Shown: piece after piece, positions 9,886 through 19,669 of the stretch
How positions within the stretch are numbered: position 1 is the first letter of the stretch
Layout: every line of letters starts with the position of its first letter
Origin: Solirubrobacterales bacterium
GTDB lineage: Bacteria > Actinomycetota > Thermoleophilia > Solirubrobacterales > JACPNS01
DNA: 64,000 nucleotides
NCBI GenBank assembly: GCA_051306435.1
Contig: JBPPNF010000006.1
Coordinates: forward strand, 834 to 64,833
Direction: 5' to 3'
The notes under the pieces: model-generated
The model's input: the letters and a program-made list of their open reading frames with translations, nothing else
Told to the model about the DNA's origin: nothing
Databases searched by the model: none
Made by a program: the position numbers and the translations under genes

Positions 9886-11306
9886 CCATGCATCACGGCG
9901 CAAATACGGGAATGTCGGTGCGAAAGGCCGGCCTGATCGCGATCATCGTGCTTTCGGTTCTCGTCTACTTCGCATTCTCGAAGAACATCCCGTTCACAAA
10001 CGGTTACAAGGTGAACGCCTATTTCACCAACGCCGCAAACATACAGCCCAAGGCGCAGGTACGAATCGCTGGCGTCAAGGTTGGAACCGTGGCGAGCGTT
10101 GAGCGCGGGGACGGCTCCACAACCAAGGTGGTTATGAACCTCGACGACAAGGCGCTCCCGATCCGACAGGACGCCGCAGCACGAATTCGATTCCGAATCT
10201 TTCTTGAGGGAAACCCATTTGTCGACCTTCAGCCAGGCACTCCCGGTTCGCCGGAAATCGAGTCTGGCGGATCAATCCCCGCGGCGCAGACCGCAGGTCC
10301 CGTGCAGCTTGACCAGGTGCTGAGTTCGGTCAACAGCGACGCGCGCACGGGCCTCGAGAACGTCTTCACGGAGATCGGCACTGCACTCAACACCAAAGGC
10401 ACACCTGCAGAGAACAAAACGCAGGACGATGAGGTGAAGGACCTCACCGGCGCGGAGGCTCTGAACCGCGCATTCCGCTACGGTCCCGAAGGATTCAAGG
10501 GAGGCGCACGCCTCTTCGACGCGCTGATCGGCTACAACGACGACGATCAGCTCACAGTTCTGCGCGGTTTCCGGGACTTCAACACCGCGATCAATGATCG
10601 CGAAACTCAGATCGTCCCGTTGATTGCTGACTTCGCGACCACGATGGGCGCATTCGCCGACGACGAGGTTGCTCTGGCCGAAGCCACGAGGCAGTTCTCT
10701 CGACTGGCGTATGAATCGGAGCCCACCCTTCGCCAACTGAACCAACTGCTGCCCCAGCTGACGCGCTGGTCGAACACGATTGCACCGAATCTCAAGGAGA
10801 TTCCGGCCACCGTTCGTGCGGCCTATCCATGGATAGAACAGACGAATCTGTTGCTCGCAAAGAATGAACTCGGTGGCACCGCGCCGCTTGCGCAGTCCAC
10901 GGTCGAGAACTTCGCCAAGACACAGGCAGCGTCGCAAGACCTGCTGCCGCAGCTCGACAACATCGCGAAGTGCTGGAACAAGAACTGGTTCCCGACGATG
11001 AACGCCGTCGTTCCGGACGGGGCCAACACATCCGGCAAGGAGAACTACAAGGAGTTCTGGTACTCGCTGGTCGGACTCAACAGTGCCTCGCAGAACTTCA
11101 ACGCGAACGGTCCATATCTGCGGCTTGGATCGGGCTCGGCAGCGCGAGTGACGACGCCGTCCGGAAAGCTCTACGGAAACGCGCCCCTCCCGCAAACCGG
11201 AACGAGCCCGCTCCTGCCCTCCAAGAACCCGATCGTTCAGACGTCGACTGCGTGCTACAAGAACTCGAGGCCGAACCTTGCTCCCACGAAGGGAAGCAGC
11301 CCCTGA
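9882..11306 (+). CDS. MCE-family protein, 4 of 6
   Basis: TM helix plus MlaD motif (KAQVRIAGVKVGTVASVE). 4-nt ATGA overlap with the upstream gene. Confidence 0.85.
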   Translation: MTMHHGANTGMSVRKAGLIAIIVLSVLVYFAFSKNIPFTNGYKVNAYFTNAANIQPKAQVRIAGVKVGTVASVERGDGSTTKVVMNLDDKALPIRQDAAARIRFRIFLEGNPFVDLQPGTPGSPEIESGGSIPAAQTAGPVQLDQVLSSVNSDARTGLENVFTEIGTALNTKGTPAENKTQDDEVKDLTGAEALNRAFRYGPEGFKGGARLFDALIGYNDDDQLTVLRGFRDFNTAINDRETQIVPLIADFATTMGAFADDEVALAEATRQFSRLAYESEPTLRQLNQLLPQLTRWSNTIAPNLKEIPATVRAAYPWIEQTNLLLAKNELGGTAPLAQSTVENFAKTQAASQDLLPQLDNIAKCWNKNWFPTMNAVVPDGANTSGKENYKEFWYSLVGLNSASQNFNANGPYLRLGSGSAARVTTPSGKLYGNAPLPQTGTSPLLPSKNPIVQTSTACYKNSRPNLAPTKGSSP

Positions 11307-12628
11307 TGCACGGACTGCGCAAATCACTCAAGCGCTACGGCGTGCACCTCGCCGCCATCGTGGTTCTCGTTGTGGCGTCGCTGGGAATCGCGGGCTACAT
11401 CTTGTCCAATCAGCGCCTCCACCTGCCGGCCTGGGTGCCGGTGGTCGGGACCGACTTCTACGTCGTGAATGCGCAGTTCTCAAGTGCGCAGGCGGTCACG
11501 CCCGGCCAGGGCCAGACGGTCAACATCGCGGGTGTCCCGGTCGGCGAGATCGGAAACGTCACGCTCAAGAATGGTGCCGCGAACGTAGAGCTGAAGATCC
11601 GTCGGTCACACGCGCCGATCTACAAGGACGCAACGATGCTGCTCAGGCCGAGGACGCCGCTCTCGGACATGTACATCGAGATGAAGACGGGCTCACCGAA
11701 GGCGGGCGAAATCGAGGAAGGCGGCACAGTTCCGCTCTCGAACACGCAGCCGACAGTCAACTTCGATGAGTTTCTCTCCGTGCTTGACTCGGATACGCGT
11801 GACTATCTCCAGAATCTCTTGACCGCTGCCGGCCAAGGTCTCGACGGACAGGCGAGCAACCTCCGTCAGGGCCTGAAACGCTTCCCGACGACCGGCAAGT
11901 ACGGCACGCGGATTGTGAAGGACCTACAGAAGCGCCATAAGAACATCAAGCGCGCGATCACAAACCTCGCGCTGCTGGCGGAGGCGCTCGGTGACAACTC
12001 GAAGATCTTCGCATCGCTGATCGATTCGTCGAGCGTGACATTCCGGACCTGGGCCAGCCAGCAGGAATCGATCAGGCAGATCGTCCAGAAAGCTCCAGCG
12101 GCGTTCGGTGAAACAGCCGACGCCGTGGCCGCCTCGGAGCCGGTGATCGAGGACACGGCAGTCGCCTTCAAGAACCTGCAACCGCTTGCGAAGGATCTGG
12201 GCGTGTCGCTGGAAAGCCTGCGTCCGTTCTTCCGCGATCAGACCACCGTCACCCGTGATCAGTTCCGCCCGCTCGCACGCGATTCCAAGCCGCTTCTGCA
12301 GCAGCTCAATCCGGCGGCTGTCAACTTTGCGAAGCTGACACCGGACGCGACGGCAGCGACGAAGTCGTTCAACAACCTCCTGAACCTCGTTGGATACAAC
12401 CCCAAGGGTTCTGAAGAGGGCTACCTCTACTGGCTCTCATGGTTCAGCCACATCTCTGCTTCCAGCTTCAATCGTGCAGATGCCAACGGCATCCTCGGTG
12501 CGGGCGCGATCGTCGGAAGTGACTGCGACTTCACGGCCTCCAGTGCAGCGGTGCGTGGCGGCAACGCAGTGCTTCGACTCCTGGTCGGACTCAACGACCT
12601 TCCTGCGGGACCGGGGTGCCCACAATGA
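11306..12628 (+). CDS. MCE-family protein, 5 of 6
   Basis: The start is moved to ATG 11306, which overlaps the upstream TGA. This gives MHGLRKSLKRYGVHLAAIVVLVV (TM helix) and then GQTVNIAGVPVGEIGNVTL. The longer track ORF from 10970 lies inside the previous gene. Confidence 0.82.
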   Translation: MHGLRKSLKRYGVHLAAIVVLVVASLGIAGYILSNQRLHLPAWVPVVGTDFYVVNAQFSSAQAVTPGQGQTVNIAGVPVGEIGNVTLKNGAANVELKIRRSHAPIYKDATMLLRPRTPLSDMYIEMKTGSPKAGEIEEGGTVPLSNTQPTVNFDEFLSVLDSDTRDYLQNLLTAAGQGLDGQASNLRQGLKRFPTTGKYGTRIVKDLQKRHKNIKRAITNLALLAEALGDNSKIFASLIDSSSVTFRTWASQQESIRQIVQKAPAAFGETADAVAASEPVIEDTAVAFKNLQPLAKDLGVSLESLRPFFRDQTTVTRDQFRPLARDSKPLLQQLNPAAVNFAKLTPDATAATKSFNNLLNLVGYNPKGSEEGYLYWLSWFSHISASSFNRADANGILGAGAIVGSDCDFTASSAAVRGGNAVLRLLVGLNDLPAGPGCPQ

Positions 12629-14211
12629 TCAAGCGCGCCCCAAGCCCCGCCCAGCTGATCTCGATGATCGTCTTCGCATTCTCATGCTTTGCGCTGATCC
12701 TGTTTCTCTGGGTCTCGTTCGGAGGCCCCGTGCCTTTGAAGCCGCAGGGTTATCGCGTGAACGTGACATTCACTGAAGCCGTCCAGCTTGCGACCGAGGC
12801 TGACGTTCGGATTTCTGGCGTACCCGTAGGAAAGGTCAAGGCTGTCGAGCCGGAGCAAGGCCGAACCGGCGCGACGCTCGAGATCGAGTCGCGATACGCG
12901 CCGCTCCCCGACGACGTCAAAGCGATCCTCCGAAGCAAGACTCTTCTGGGCGAGACATACGTGGAGCTCTCTCCTGGTACGAAGGGCTCTCGGACAATTC
13001 CGGAAAACGGCTCGATCTCCGCTTCTCAGGTTTCGAACCAGGTGCAGCTCGACGAGGTCATTCGAACCTTTGACCCAGTGACTCGAAAGGCATTCGGCGA
13101 CTGGCTGATCGGGCAGTCCGATGCGGTCAAGGGCCACGGAGATCAGCTCAACCAGGCGTTCGGCGTACTGCCGATGTTCTTCACCGACAGCAACAGTCTG
13201 ATGAAGGTCCTACACCGTCAGGACAAGGCTTTGTCGCGGTTGTTCGCCAACACAGCCGACATCTTCGAGGCGATCGACAGTCGTCCGGGCCAGTTGACCG
13301 AGTTGATCCTGACTTCCAATCGACTGCTGCGCGTCACAGCAAATCGCAGTCAGCAGCTGATCGACACTTTCAACGAGTTCCCGGAGTTCCTGCGACAGAC
13401 CCGTCAGACGATCGATCAGTTCCAAGAGTTCTCTGATGGAACACAGAACTTGATCGAGAACACGGGAGAGTTCGCCGACGCTTCGTCCCCGATCATGAAG
13501 AAGTCCGTCCAGGTGACGAATGATGCGCGCCTGCTCGTGAACGGTCTTGAGCCGATGCTGGACAAGGCCGACGCCGGCCTTCCGGCGACAGATCAGTTCC
13601 TCGATCTGGCCAGACCGACCCTCGCTCAGCTCGACCCGTTCTTGGCGAACCTCAATCCCGTTCTCCAGTTCGTGGGCGAGTACCAGCGTGAGCTGGCTGC
13701 CTTCCCGGCGAACGCTGCGGCAGCTTCTCAGGCGCAGCTCACGTCTGCAGACCCGGCCATCGGTCGTTCAAACTGGGGTCACTACCTCCGCACCTTTGTC
13801 ACGCTCACGCCGGACAATCTTGCTTACTACCCGAACAAGACGACCAGGACGCGGTCGAATGCCTACCCGGTACCCGGTTGGTACGACCGACTGGCGCAGG
13901 GCCTGCAGGTCTTCGACAGCGGCGCGTGTGGGACGATTGCGGTGCCGCCGCTGGACCCCGACACGACGCTCTACTCCGCGAAGTGGGGCGGTCTCCTGAC
14001 GGACATCAATCAACTCGTATACGCAGGTGAGTACACGCCGAACCCGACCGCGCCCGTGGGCGCGACCTCGGCAACCGCCAACCTCGCCCAAAGCCCCAAC
14101 AACGCCGCAAACCTCCCGGCCCCCAATTGCGAGCAGCAGGGCAACCACCCTTTCCAGGGTCAATCGCTCCAGTTCCCGCACGTCAACGAATCCTCGAACG
14201 CGAACCCCTAG
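12616..14211 (+). CDS. MCE-family protein, 6 of 6
   Basis: TM helix plus MlaD motif (EADVRISGVPVGKVKAVE). GTG 12616 is the track start; ATG 12625 would give an ATGA overlap with the upstream stop. Confidence 0.85.
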   Translation: MPTMIKRAPSPAQLISMIVFAFSCFALILFLWVSFGGPVPLKPQGYRVNVTFTEAVQLATEADVRISGVPVGKVKAVEPEQGRTGATLEIESRYAPLPDDVKAILRSKTLLGETYVELSPGTKGSRTIPENGSISASQVSNQVQLDEVIRTFDPVTRKAFGDWLIGQSDAVKGHGDQLNQAFGVLPMFFTDSNSLMKVLHRQDKALSRLFANTADIFEAIDSRPGQLTELILTSNRLLRVTANRSQQLIDTFNEFPEFLRQTRQTIDQFQEFSDGTQNLIENTGEFADASSPIMKKSVQVTNDARLLVNGLEPMLDKADAGLPATDQFLDLARPTLAQLDPFLANLNPVLQFVGEYQRELAAFPANAAAASQAQLTSADPAIGRSNWGHYLRTFVTLTPDNLAYYPNKTTRTRSNAYPVPGWYDRLAQGLQVFDSGACGTIAVPPLDPDTTLYSAKWGGLLTDINQLVYAGEYTPNPTAPVGATSATANLAQSPNNAANLPAPNCEQQGNHPFQGQSLQFPHVNESSNANP

Positions 14212-14247
14212 GCCGTCGGCCTTAAAACCGGCACCTCCGCAGACGCC

Positions 14248-16791
14248 GTGAACCTTCCTGACTTCTACCGTCGCGCCGCCGAGCGAGCAGCGCGCGTTTC
14301 GTTGAAGAAGCCACCGATCGTGATTGCGATCTCCGGCCTGCTTGCGGTTGGCGCCGCGCTGCTGGCACTGAACCTCACGCCTGACACCGGCGTCGAGTCG
14401 ATCACCGGCACCAGCTCAGACACCTACAAGTCCACGCAGGTCTGGGCCGACAACTTCGGCGGCGATCCGATCGTTGTCGTCGCCAAGGGCAAGGTCGCAG
14501 AGCTCGCGCTCGGATCGGACCTCGGCGTGATGCTCGGCCTCGAAGGCTGTCTCTCGGGCAAGATCCCGAAGAAGGCGCTTGCAGCCCAGCCGAAGGTCTG
14601 TCAGGACATCGCGAAGCTCAAACCGGCGGTCGCCGTCTACGGCCCGGGCACGTTCGTGAACACGGCCGTCATCTCCATCCAGGACACGATCACCGAACTC
14701 TCAAAGCAGGCCCGGAAACAGGGCGAGGAGGCAGGCGAAGCCGCCGCCGAGGTCGCGCGTCGCTCGGGCAAGGGCACCCAGGCGCAGGAGAAGGCACGCA
14801 AGGCCGCCGCCGACGCCACGCGCCTCCAGCTGCTCACCTACGCGCTGAAGCTCGGCACGCAGTACAACCTCGGGCCAGGCAGCCAGCCCAGCCTCAACAA
14901 CCCCGAGTTCATCGCCCGCCTGATCTTTGACCCGATCAACGGATCCGACACGCCGAAGGCGCGTTGGTCATACATCTTCCCCAGCAAGGACGCCGCGATC
15001 ATCCAGGTTCGCCTGCGTCCGGGCCTCACCTCCGAGCAGCGCGCGCAGGCGGTTGACCTCGTCAAGCGCGCCACCGCCGACAACAAGTACGCGCTCTCAA
15101 AGGGTGAGTACTTCGTGACCGGTGCGCCGGTGCTCCTGACCGGCGTCGAGCAATCGATCCAGGAGGCGATCGTCGTGCTGCTGATCGCCGCGCTGCTGGT
15201 CATGGGGATCGCCCTGCTCGTCGTCTTCCCCGCCGAGCTGCGGCTGCTGCCGCTGATGCTCGCGCTGATGGCCGCGGCGATGACCTACGGCCTGCTTGCG
15301 CTCACCGGCTCGACGATCGGAGTGGGGGCGGTGGCTGTGCTCCCGGTGCTTGTGGGTCTGGCGGTGGACTACGCGATCCAGTTCCATGCTCGCGCCGACC
15401 GCGCGATGCAGTCCGGCGCGAGCCCGCCCGAGGCCGTCATGAAGGCTGCCACCAGCGGCGGCCCGCCGGTGCTCGCGGCAGCCACTGCAACGATCGCGGC
15501 CCTGCTCGCCCTGATCCTCAGCCCGGTCCCCTTGATTCGCGGCTTCGGCCTGCTGCTGGTGATCGGCGTCGCGCTCGCGATCGTGATCGTGCTCACCGCC
15601 GGCTTTGCAACCCTGGGCTGGGCGGGAGGTGCCGCCAAGCGCACTCAGCGCCGCCAGCCCGCCGAGACGGTCGCCGGCTGGGTGCGGCTGCGCAAGCTCT
15701 TCAACCGCACGACTGCCAACCCGCGCAAGACGGTGCGGATCGCGCTGGCCGTCGCTCTAGTCGGCTGGATCGCCGGCCTGCTCTCGCCGGTGACCACAGA
15801 CGTCCAGCAGCTCGTGCCGGCAAGCCTTGGCGCCGTGAAGGACGCCAAAGAGTTCCAGCGCCTGACCGGCACGAGCGGCGAGGTCTCCGTCCTTGTCCAG
15901 TCAAAGGACGTCACCGACCCCAAGGCCGTCAAGTGGATGATCGACTTCCAGAAGGCAGCGCTCGCCGAAGCCGGTTACAAGGGCGAGAATCCGACCTGCG
16001 CGAAGTCCGCGCTCTGTCCGGCGCTTTCGCTCTCCGGCCTCTTTGAGGGGCAGAAACTCACCCGGGCGAGCATTCGTCGCACGCTCGATCAGGTCGGCGA
16101 CTTCTCGCGCGGCGCCGTCACCAGCGACCGCAGGATGGCCACGATCGCCTTCGGCCTGCGTGAAGAGGCGCTGAACGATCAGAAGCAGTCGATCGACGCC
16201 CTGCGCTCGCGGATCGAGGACCAGCCGCCTCCAGCGGGCACCACGGCGACCGTGGTCGGGCTCAGCGCCCAGGCCGCCGACGCGAGCGGCGCGCTCAGCA
16301 ACCCCTTCAGGCGACTGCTTATCGCGCTGGTGGCGCTGGGCCTGCTGCTGCTCGTCGTTCGCGGCGTGTCTGCGAACTGGCGCAAGGCGTACGCGCCTGT
16401 GCTGTCGGTCGCGGCGGCTGCGGGCATCTCTGCGCTGCTGCTCTTCATCCTGCGGATCGATCTGAACCCGATGTCCGCGGCGCTGGGCGTCTTCATCATC
16501 GCGATCGCCGGCGAGTTCACGCTGTTGATCCACATGCAGTACCTGCGTGAGCGCAAGGATGCTCCGGACGTGGAGACGATTACCGCCTTCCGCAAGGCGT
16601 ACAAGAACATCGGCCCGGCCGTCTTCGCCTCGGGCGTGACCGCGATCGCCGGTTTCGCCGCGTTGGCCGTCAGCGACATCAACATGCTGCGCGGATTCGC
16701 AATCGTCGCCGTGGTCGATCTCGCCGTCGCGCTGGCCGGCACCGTTCTGCTTCTTCCCGCAATCACAGCCTGGCTCGAAGACGAGAAATGA
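14248..16791 (+). CDS. MMPL/RND-superfamily membrane transporter (two MMPL halves, HpnN/HAE3-like)
   Basis: 847 aa with two repeats, each a large extracytoplasmic loop followed by a 5-6 TM bundle. The N-terminus (VSLKKPPIVIAISGLLAVGAALLAL) and overall architecture are typical of MMPL transporters. Lies 36 nt after the last mce gene. Confidence 0.8.
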   Translation: MNLPDFYRRAAERAARVSLKKPPIVIAISGLLAVGAALLALNLTPDTGVESITGTSSDTYKSTQVWADNFGGDPIVVVAKGKVAELALGSDLGVMLGLEGCLSGKIPKKALAAQPKVCQDIAKLKPAVAVYGPGTFVNTAVISIQDTITELSKQARKQGEEAGEAAAEVARRSGKGTQAQEKARKAAADATRLQLLTYALKLGTQYNLGPGSQPSLNNPEFIARLIFDPINGSDTPKARWSYIFPSKDAAIIQVRLRPGLTSEQRAQAVDLVKRATADNKYALSKGEYFVTGAPVLLTGVEQSIQEAIVVLLIAALLVMGIALLVVFPAELRLLPLMLALMAAAMTYGLLALTGSTIGVGAVAVLPVLVGLAVDYAIQFHARADRAMQSGASPPEAVMKAATSGGPPVLAAATATIAALLALILSPVPLIRGFGLLLVIGVALAIVIVLTAGFATLGWAGGAAKRTQRRQPAETVAGWVRLRKLFNRTTANPRKTVRIALAVALVGWIAGLLSPVTTDVQQLVPASLGAVKDAKEFQRLTGTSGEVSVLVQSKDVTDPKAVKWMIDFQKAALAEAGYKGENPTCAKSALCPALSLSGLFEGQKLTRASIRRTLDQVGDFSRGAVTSDRRMATIAFGLREEALNDQKQSIDALRSRIEDQPPPAGTTATVVGLSAQAADASGALSNPFRRLLIALVALGLLLLVVRGVSANWRKAYAPVLSVAAAAGISALLLFILRIDLNPMSAALGVFIIAIAGEFTLLIHMQYLRERKDAPDVETITAFRKAYKNIGPAVFASGVTAIAGFAALAVSDINMLRGFAIVAVVDLAVALAGTVLLLPAITAWLEDEK

Positions 16792-17390
16792 CCACGTTCT
16801 GGAAGGTTGTCGTTGCGCTGCTGGCGATTGGAGTCGTCGTCTCGCTGGTGACGCTTTTCGCCGGATCACGCCCTGTCGGATCCGAGAACCTCGTCGGCAC
16901 ACGGCTGCCGGACTTCGCCGCGCCGCTGGCGTCCGGAAGCTCGACCGCCGACGCCAACATCTTCACCGCAGCCCAGGCAAAGGCCGCCAAGTCGACCGCT
17001 GCATGCGCCGTCGAGCTGCCGGGAGCCTTCAACTCCTGTCGCGATCTCACCGGGGAGGCAATCGTGATGTTCTGGAACTCGACCAAGAGTCAGTGCGTCA
17101 GCGAGGTGGAAGTGCTGGACGCCTTTGCCGACGCCAACCCGGATGTGAACGTCGCCACCGTCGCCTTCGATCAGACGGTCGAGGACGTACGGAAGTTCGT
17201 GACCACCAAGGACTGGAAGCTTCCGGTCGCGATCGACGGCGACGGCGCGGTCGCCGGCCTCTACGCCGTGGCCGGTTGCCCGAGCACCTACTTCGTGCGT
17301 GACGGGGAGGTGACCGGGGTTAAGCTCGGTGCGCTCTCGCCGGCGCAGCTGAAAGCTGGCCTCGCCAAAGCAGCTGGCGCGACCAATTAG
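16788..17390 (+). CDS. membrane-anchored thioredoxin-fold (TlpA/redoxin-like) protein with degenerate active site
   Basis: Has an N-terminal TM helix. MFWNSTKSQC sits where WCxxC is expected, and a cis-Pro region (AGCPSTYFV) is present. 4-nt overlap with the MMPL gene. Confidence 0.5.
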   Translation: MTTFWKVVVALLAIGVVVSLVTLFAGSRPVGSENLVGTRLPDFAAPLASGSSTADANIFTAAQAKAAKSTAACAVELPGAFNSCRDLTGEAIVMFWNSTKSQCVSEVEVLDAFADANPDVNVATVAFDQTVEDVRKFVTTKDWKLPVAIDGDGAVAGLYAVAGCPSTYFVRDGEVTGVKLGALSPAQLKAGLAKAAGATN

Positions 17391-17882
17391 ATGGGCAAAA
17401 GATCAAGACAGCGAAACGCGCCGCAGGCGAAGCAGAAGGCGGACCCACAGTCGCGCAAAGAGCGCTTGCGCGATCGAGCCGACGCCGCCGGTCGCGTCGC
17501 CGAGAAGCAGATCAGGGCTCGCCCGAAAGCGCCGTGGGATCCCTTTCCGCTCACAGAACTGGCGATATTGGCCGGCATCGCGCTGCTCGTGATCGGCGTC
17601 ATCATCGGAGGGTCGACGGGGGATGGGCTGATCGTCGCCGGCGTCGTCCTCGCCTGTATCGGTGGGCTCGAGACGATTCTGCGTGAGCACTTCGGCGGCT
17701 TCCGCTCTCATGCGGGGATGATCGCCGGGATCTTCGGTGTTACCACGCTGATGCTCACATCGGCCGTGCTGGAGCTGCCACGGGCCATCTCCGCGGCCGC
17801 CGGAATCGCGGTATACGGGCTGCTGTTCACGACGCTGCGCTCGGCATTCATCCGGAAATCCGGCGGGCGCGGCGTACTCTGA
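17391..17882 (+). CDS. hypothetical membrane protein (basic N-terminus, ~4 TM)
   Basis: The ATG directly abuts the upstream TAG. Lys/Arg-rich N-terminus followed by hydrophobic helices. No family recognised. Confidence 0.55.
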   Translation: MGKRSRQRNAPQAKQKADPQSRKERLRDRADAAGRVAEKQIRARPKAPWDPFPLTELAILAGIALLVIGVIIGGSTGDGLIVAGVVLACIGGLETILREHFGGFRSHAGMIAGIFGVTTLMLTSAVLELPRAISAAAGIAVYGLLFTTLRSAFIRKSGGRGVL

Positions 17883-17939
17883 GTCGGGACGGATTCGAGT
17901 TACGCTATTTTTGGGGTTCGTTGTACACGATGTCAATAG

Positions 17940-18368
17940 GTGACACAGGGGAAGCTGAGCAGAATGGCTGAGGGGCAGGTATACGGCGGACGGCCGCCGG
18001 AGATCAAGTCCGGACGCATGCGCGCCGGCGGCTTCGGCATGTTCGTGATCGGCATGCTGATGTGGGTCGGCGTGCCCGGCGGCTGGCTCTACATCGGCTC
18101 GATGATCAAGGCCGAATCCAACTCTCTCGGCCTCGCCCTTGTCGTCATGGGTATCGGCGCACTCGCCACTGTCGTCGGTCTGGTCAAGCTGCTCGGAAAC
18201 CTCAACCGCAGCTGGCTCGAGCAGTACGAAGAGCTCAACGACCGCAAGCCGATGCGCTCGCCGCTGGAGCCGATCCTCGTGATCAGCGCGTTCCTCGCGC
18301 TGGCCGTGTTCGGGCTCTGGTTCGCGTTCTTCGCCGGTGCCGGCGGCCCTGTCGCCGCTCCGCAGTAG
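17940..18368 (+). CDS. hypothetical membrane protein (~3 TM)
   Basis: Hydrophobic segments with codon usage consistent with the neighbouring genes. No family recognised. Confidence 0.45.
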   Translation: MTQGKLSRMAEGQVYGGRPPEIKSGRMRAGGFGMFVIGMLMWVGVPGGWLYIGSMIKAESNSLGLALVVMGIGALATVVGLVKLLGNLNRSWLEQYEELNDRKPMRSPLEPILVISAFLALAVFGLWFAFFAGAGGPVAAPQ

Positions 18369-18386
18369 CCCGGCGGCGCCTGCGCG

Positions 18387-18872
18387 CTACTCGACGACGA
18401 TTCCGGGACCGTCTGTGGCGATCTCGAGAATGTTGCCGTCAGGGTCACGGAAGTAGATCGAGCTGTAGTACGTACGGTTGATCGGCTCGGTCGCCTGCAC
18501 GCCGTGTTCGTTGAGGTGCTGGTGCCAGGCGTGCAGTTCGTCGAGTGATCCTGCGCGCAGCGCGAAGTGGTGGACCACGCCGACTCCGATCGCGCCCTGT
18601 TCCATGTTTGCGTATTCCATGAACGTGACGATCGAGCCTGGCGTGGCCTCGCTGTCGCCGAAGTAGAAGTGCCGCGCGCCGGGGTCGTCCTCGTTGGTCG
18701 AGCGCTTGATCAGCGTCATTCCGAGGAGGTCGCGATAAAAGCTGACCGTGCGCTCGAGGTTTGAGCAGATCGCGGTCACGTGGTGGATTCCGCGCAGCGC
18801 GAGCTTCGGTGACTCAGCGACCGGCTCGCGCGCGGATTCGGTTTCCGCAGTGACTGTGGGCTCGTCGTTCAC
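18387..18872 (-). CDS. VOC/glyoxalase-family protein (ring-cleaving dioxygenase-like)
   Basis: IHHVTAICSNLERTVSFYRDLLGM...HFYFGD...HHFALR...IYFRDPDGNILEIA are paired beta-alpha-beta-beta-beta motifs of the vicinal oxygen chelate fold. GTG start. Confidence 0.78.
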   Translation of the reverse strand: MNDEPTVTAETESAREPVAESPKLALRGIHHVTAICSNLERTVSFYRDLLGMTLIKRSTNEDDPGARHFYFGDSEATPGSIVTFMEYANMEQGAIGVGVVHHFALRAGSLDELHAWHQHLNEHGVQATEPINRTYYSSIYFRDPDGNILEIATDGPGIVVE

Positions 18873-18886
18873 GGGGGAGAGCCTAA

Positions 18887-18916
18887 CCGGGCGAGCGCGC
18901 TGGCGCGCCCGCCCGG
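18887..18916 (-). terminator. GC-rich hairpin downstream of the mIHF-like gene (possible terminator)
   Basis: 13-bp arms (CCGGGCGAGCGCG / CGCGCCCGCCCGG, one mismatch) with a 4-nt loop, 17 nt past the stop codon. The U-tract is weak. Confidence 0.4.
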
Positions 18917-18932
18917 GGGCTGAAACGTCTGA

Positions 18933-19316
18933 TCAGGCGGAGGCGCGGTAGACGACCGACGCTGCGAGGTCTGGTGCTGGGCGACCAGCGCTGAGCACTG
19001 CCGCCATGGCAGAGCGCTGACGTTCGGTCAGGGACCGGATCGTCTTGGTCTCGTTGAGACCGATCGAGTCCATGAACTTGGCGCAACGGGTCGTCCCCCA
19101 TCGCTTCTGGCTCGTCAGAAGCTCGTAGAGCTCCATTCCGGCGATTTCGTCGGACGGGTCGAGCAGGACGTCCGCGACGGCCACATCGCCCTTGGCGATA
19201 CGACGCTTGAGTTCCGCACGGGCGAGGCGGATGCGGTTGGCCTGCTCCAGCGCACGCATGTTCTGGCGTCCGGCCGGTGCGTTGCTGATTGTCGGGACTG
19301 GGCTTTGATTGTTCAC
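18933..19316 (-). CDS. mihF: integration host factor, actinobacterial type (mIHF-like)
   Basis: RIRLARAELKRRIAKGDVAVADVLLD...MELYELLTSQKRWGTTRCAKFMDSIGLNETKTIRSLTERQRSAM resembles the mycobacterial/streptomycete mIHF/sIHF fold. GTG start preceded by GGGAGG. Confidence 0.72.
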   Translation of the reverse strand: MNNQSPVPTISNAPAGRQNMRALEQANRIRLARAELKRRIAKGDVAVADVLLDPSDEIAGMELYELLTSQKRWGTTRCAKFMDSIGLNETKTIRSLTERQRSAMAAVLSAGRPAPDLAASVVYRASA

Positions 19317-19651
19317 TTGATTCGTACCTCCCGAGTACGAGGAAATTGACTAGGTCACACGCTTCACACCAGTTCGCTCACACGGCACGAAAAGGCCTCC
19401 ATCGTCCGAGCGCGCACAAGATCGTCCGGCTCCCCACCGGCTTGATCAGGCGTCTCGATGAATGGTCCCCTTGGCAGATCCGAAAGACCGTGTCAGCGAG
19501 GTGAACCTTACGACGGAATGTTTCGTATTTGTGACAAGGCCGTTTTTAAATCCCGCTCAGAGCGAACATTTTCGTTCGTGAAAGGCTTGTGAAAATCTGG
19601 ACAAAGCGTTTCCGTCCGCTGGCGTGTTCATTCGCACAAGGGTGGGGGCGG

Positions 19652-19669
19652 AGTGACTATTTAGTCACT
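19652..19669. promoter_or_regulatory. perfect 18-bp palindrome AGTGACTA-TT-TAGTCACT (operator-like)
   Basis: Read directly. Arms are 8 bp with a 2-bp centre, which is too short a loop for a hairpin, so a dimeric DNA-binding site is more likely. It lies in the 453-bp lower-GC intergenic region upstream of mihF. Confidence 0.4.

Noticed and set aside
10272-11327. Long antisense ORFs throughout the window (for example 10272-11327 -, 15901-16902 -, 26337-27290 +, 26360-27313 +, 43290-44297 -, 46237-47505 -, 52353-53363 -, 58214-59308 -, 62408-63523 +)
   Set aside because: These are typical high-GC shadow ORFs. They are Arg/Ala/Gly/Pro-rich with low-complexity translations, and each is fully overlapped by a gene on the other strand that has clear family motifs.
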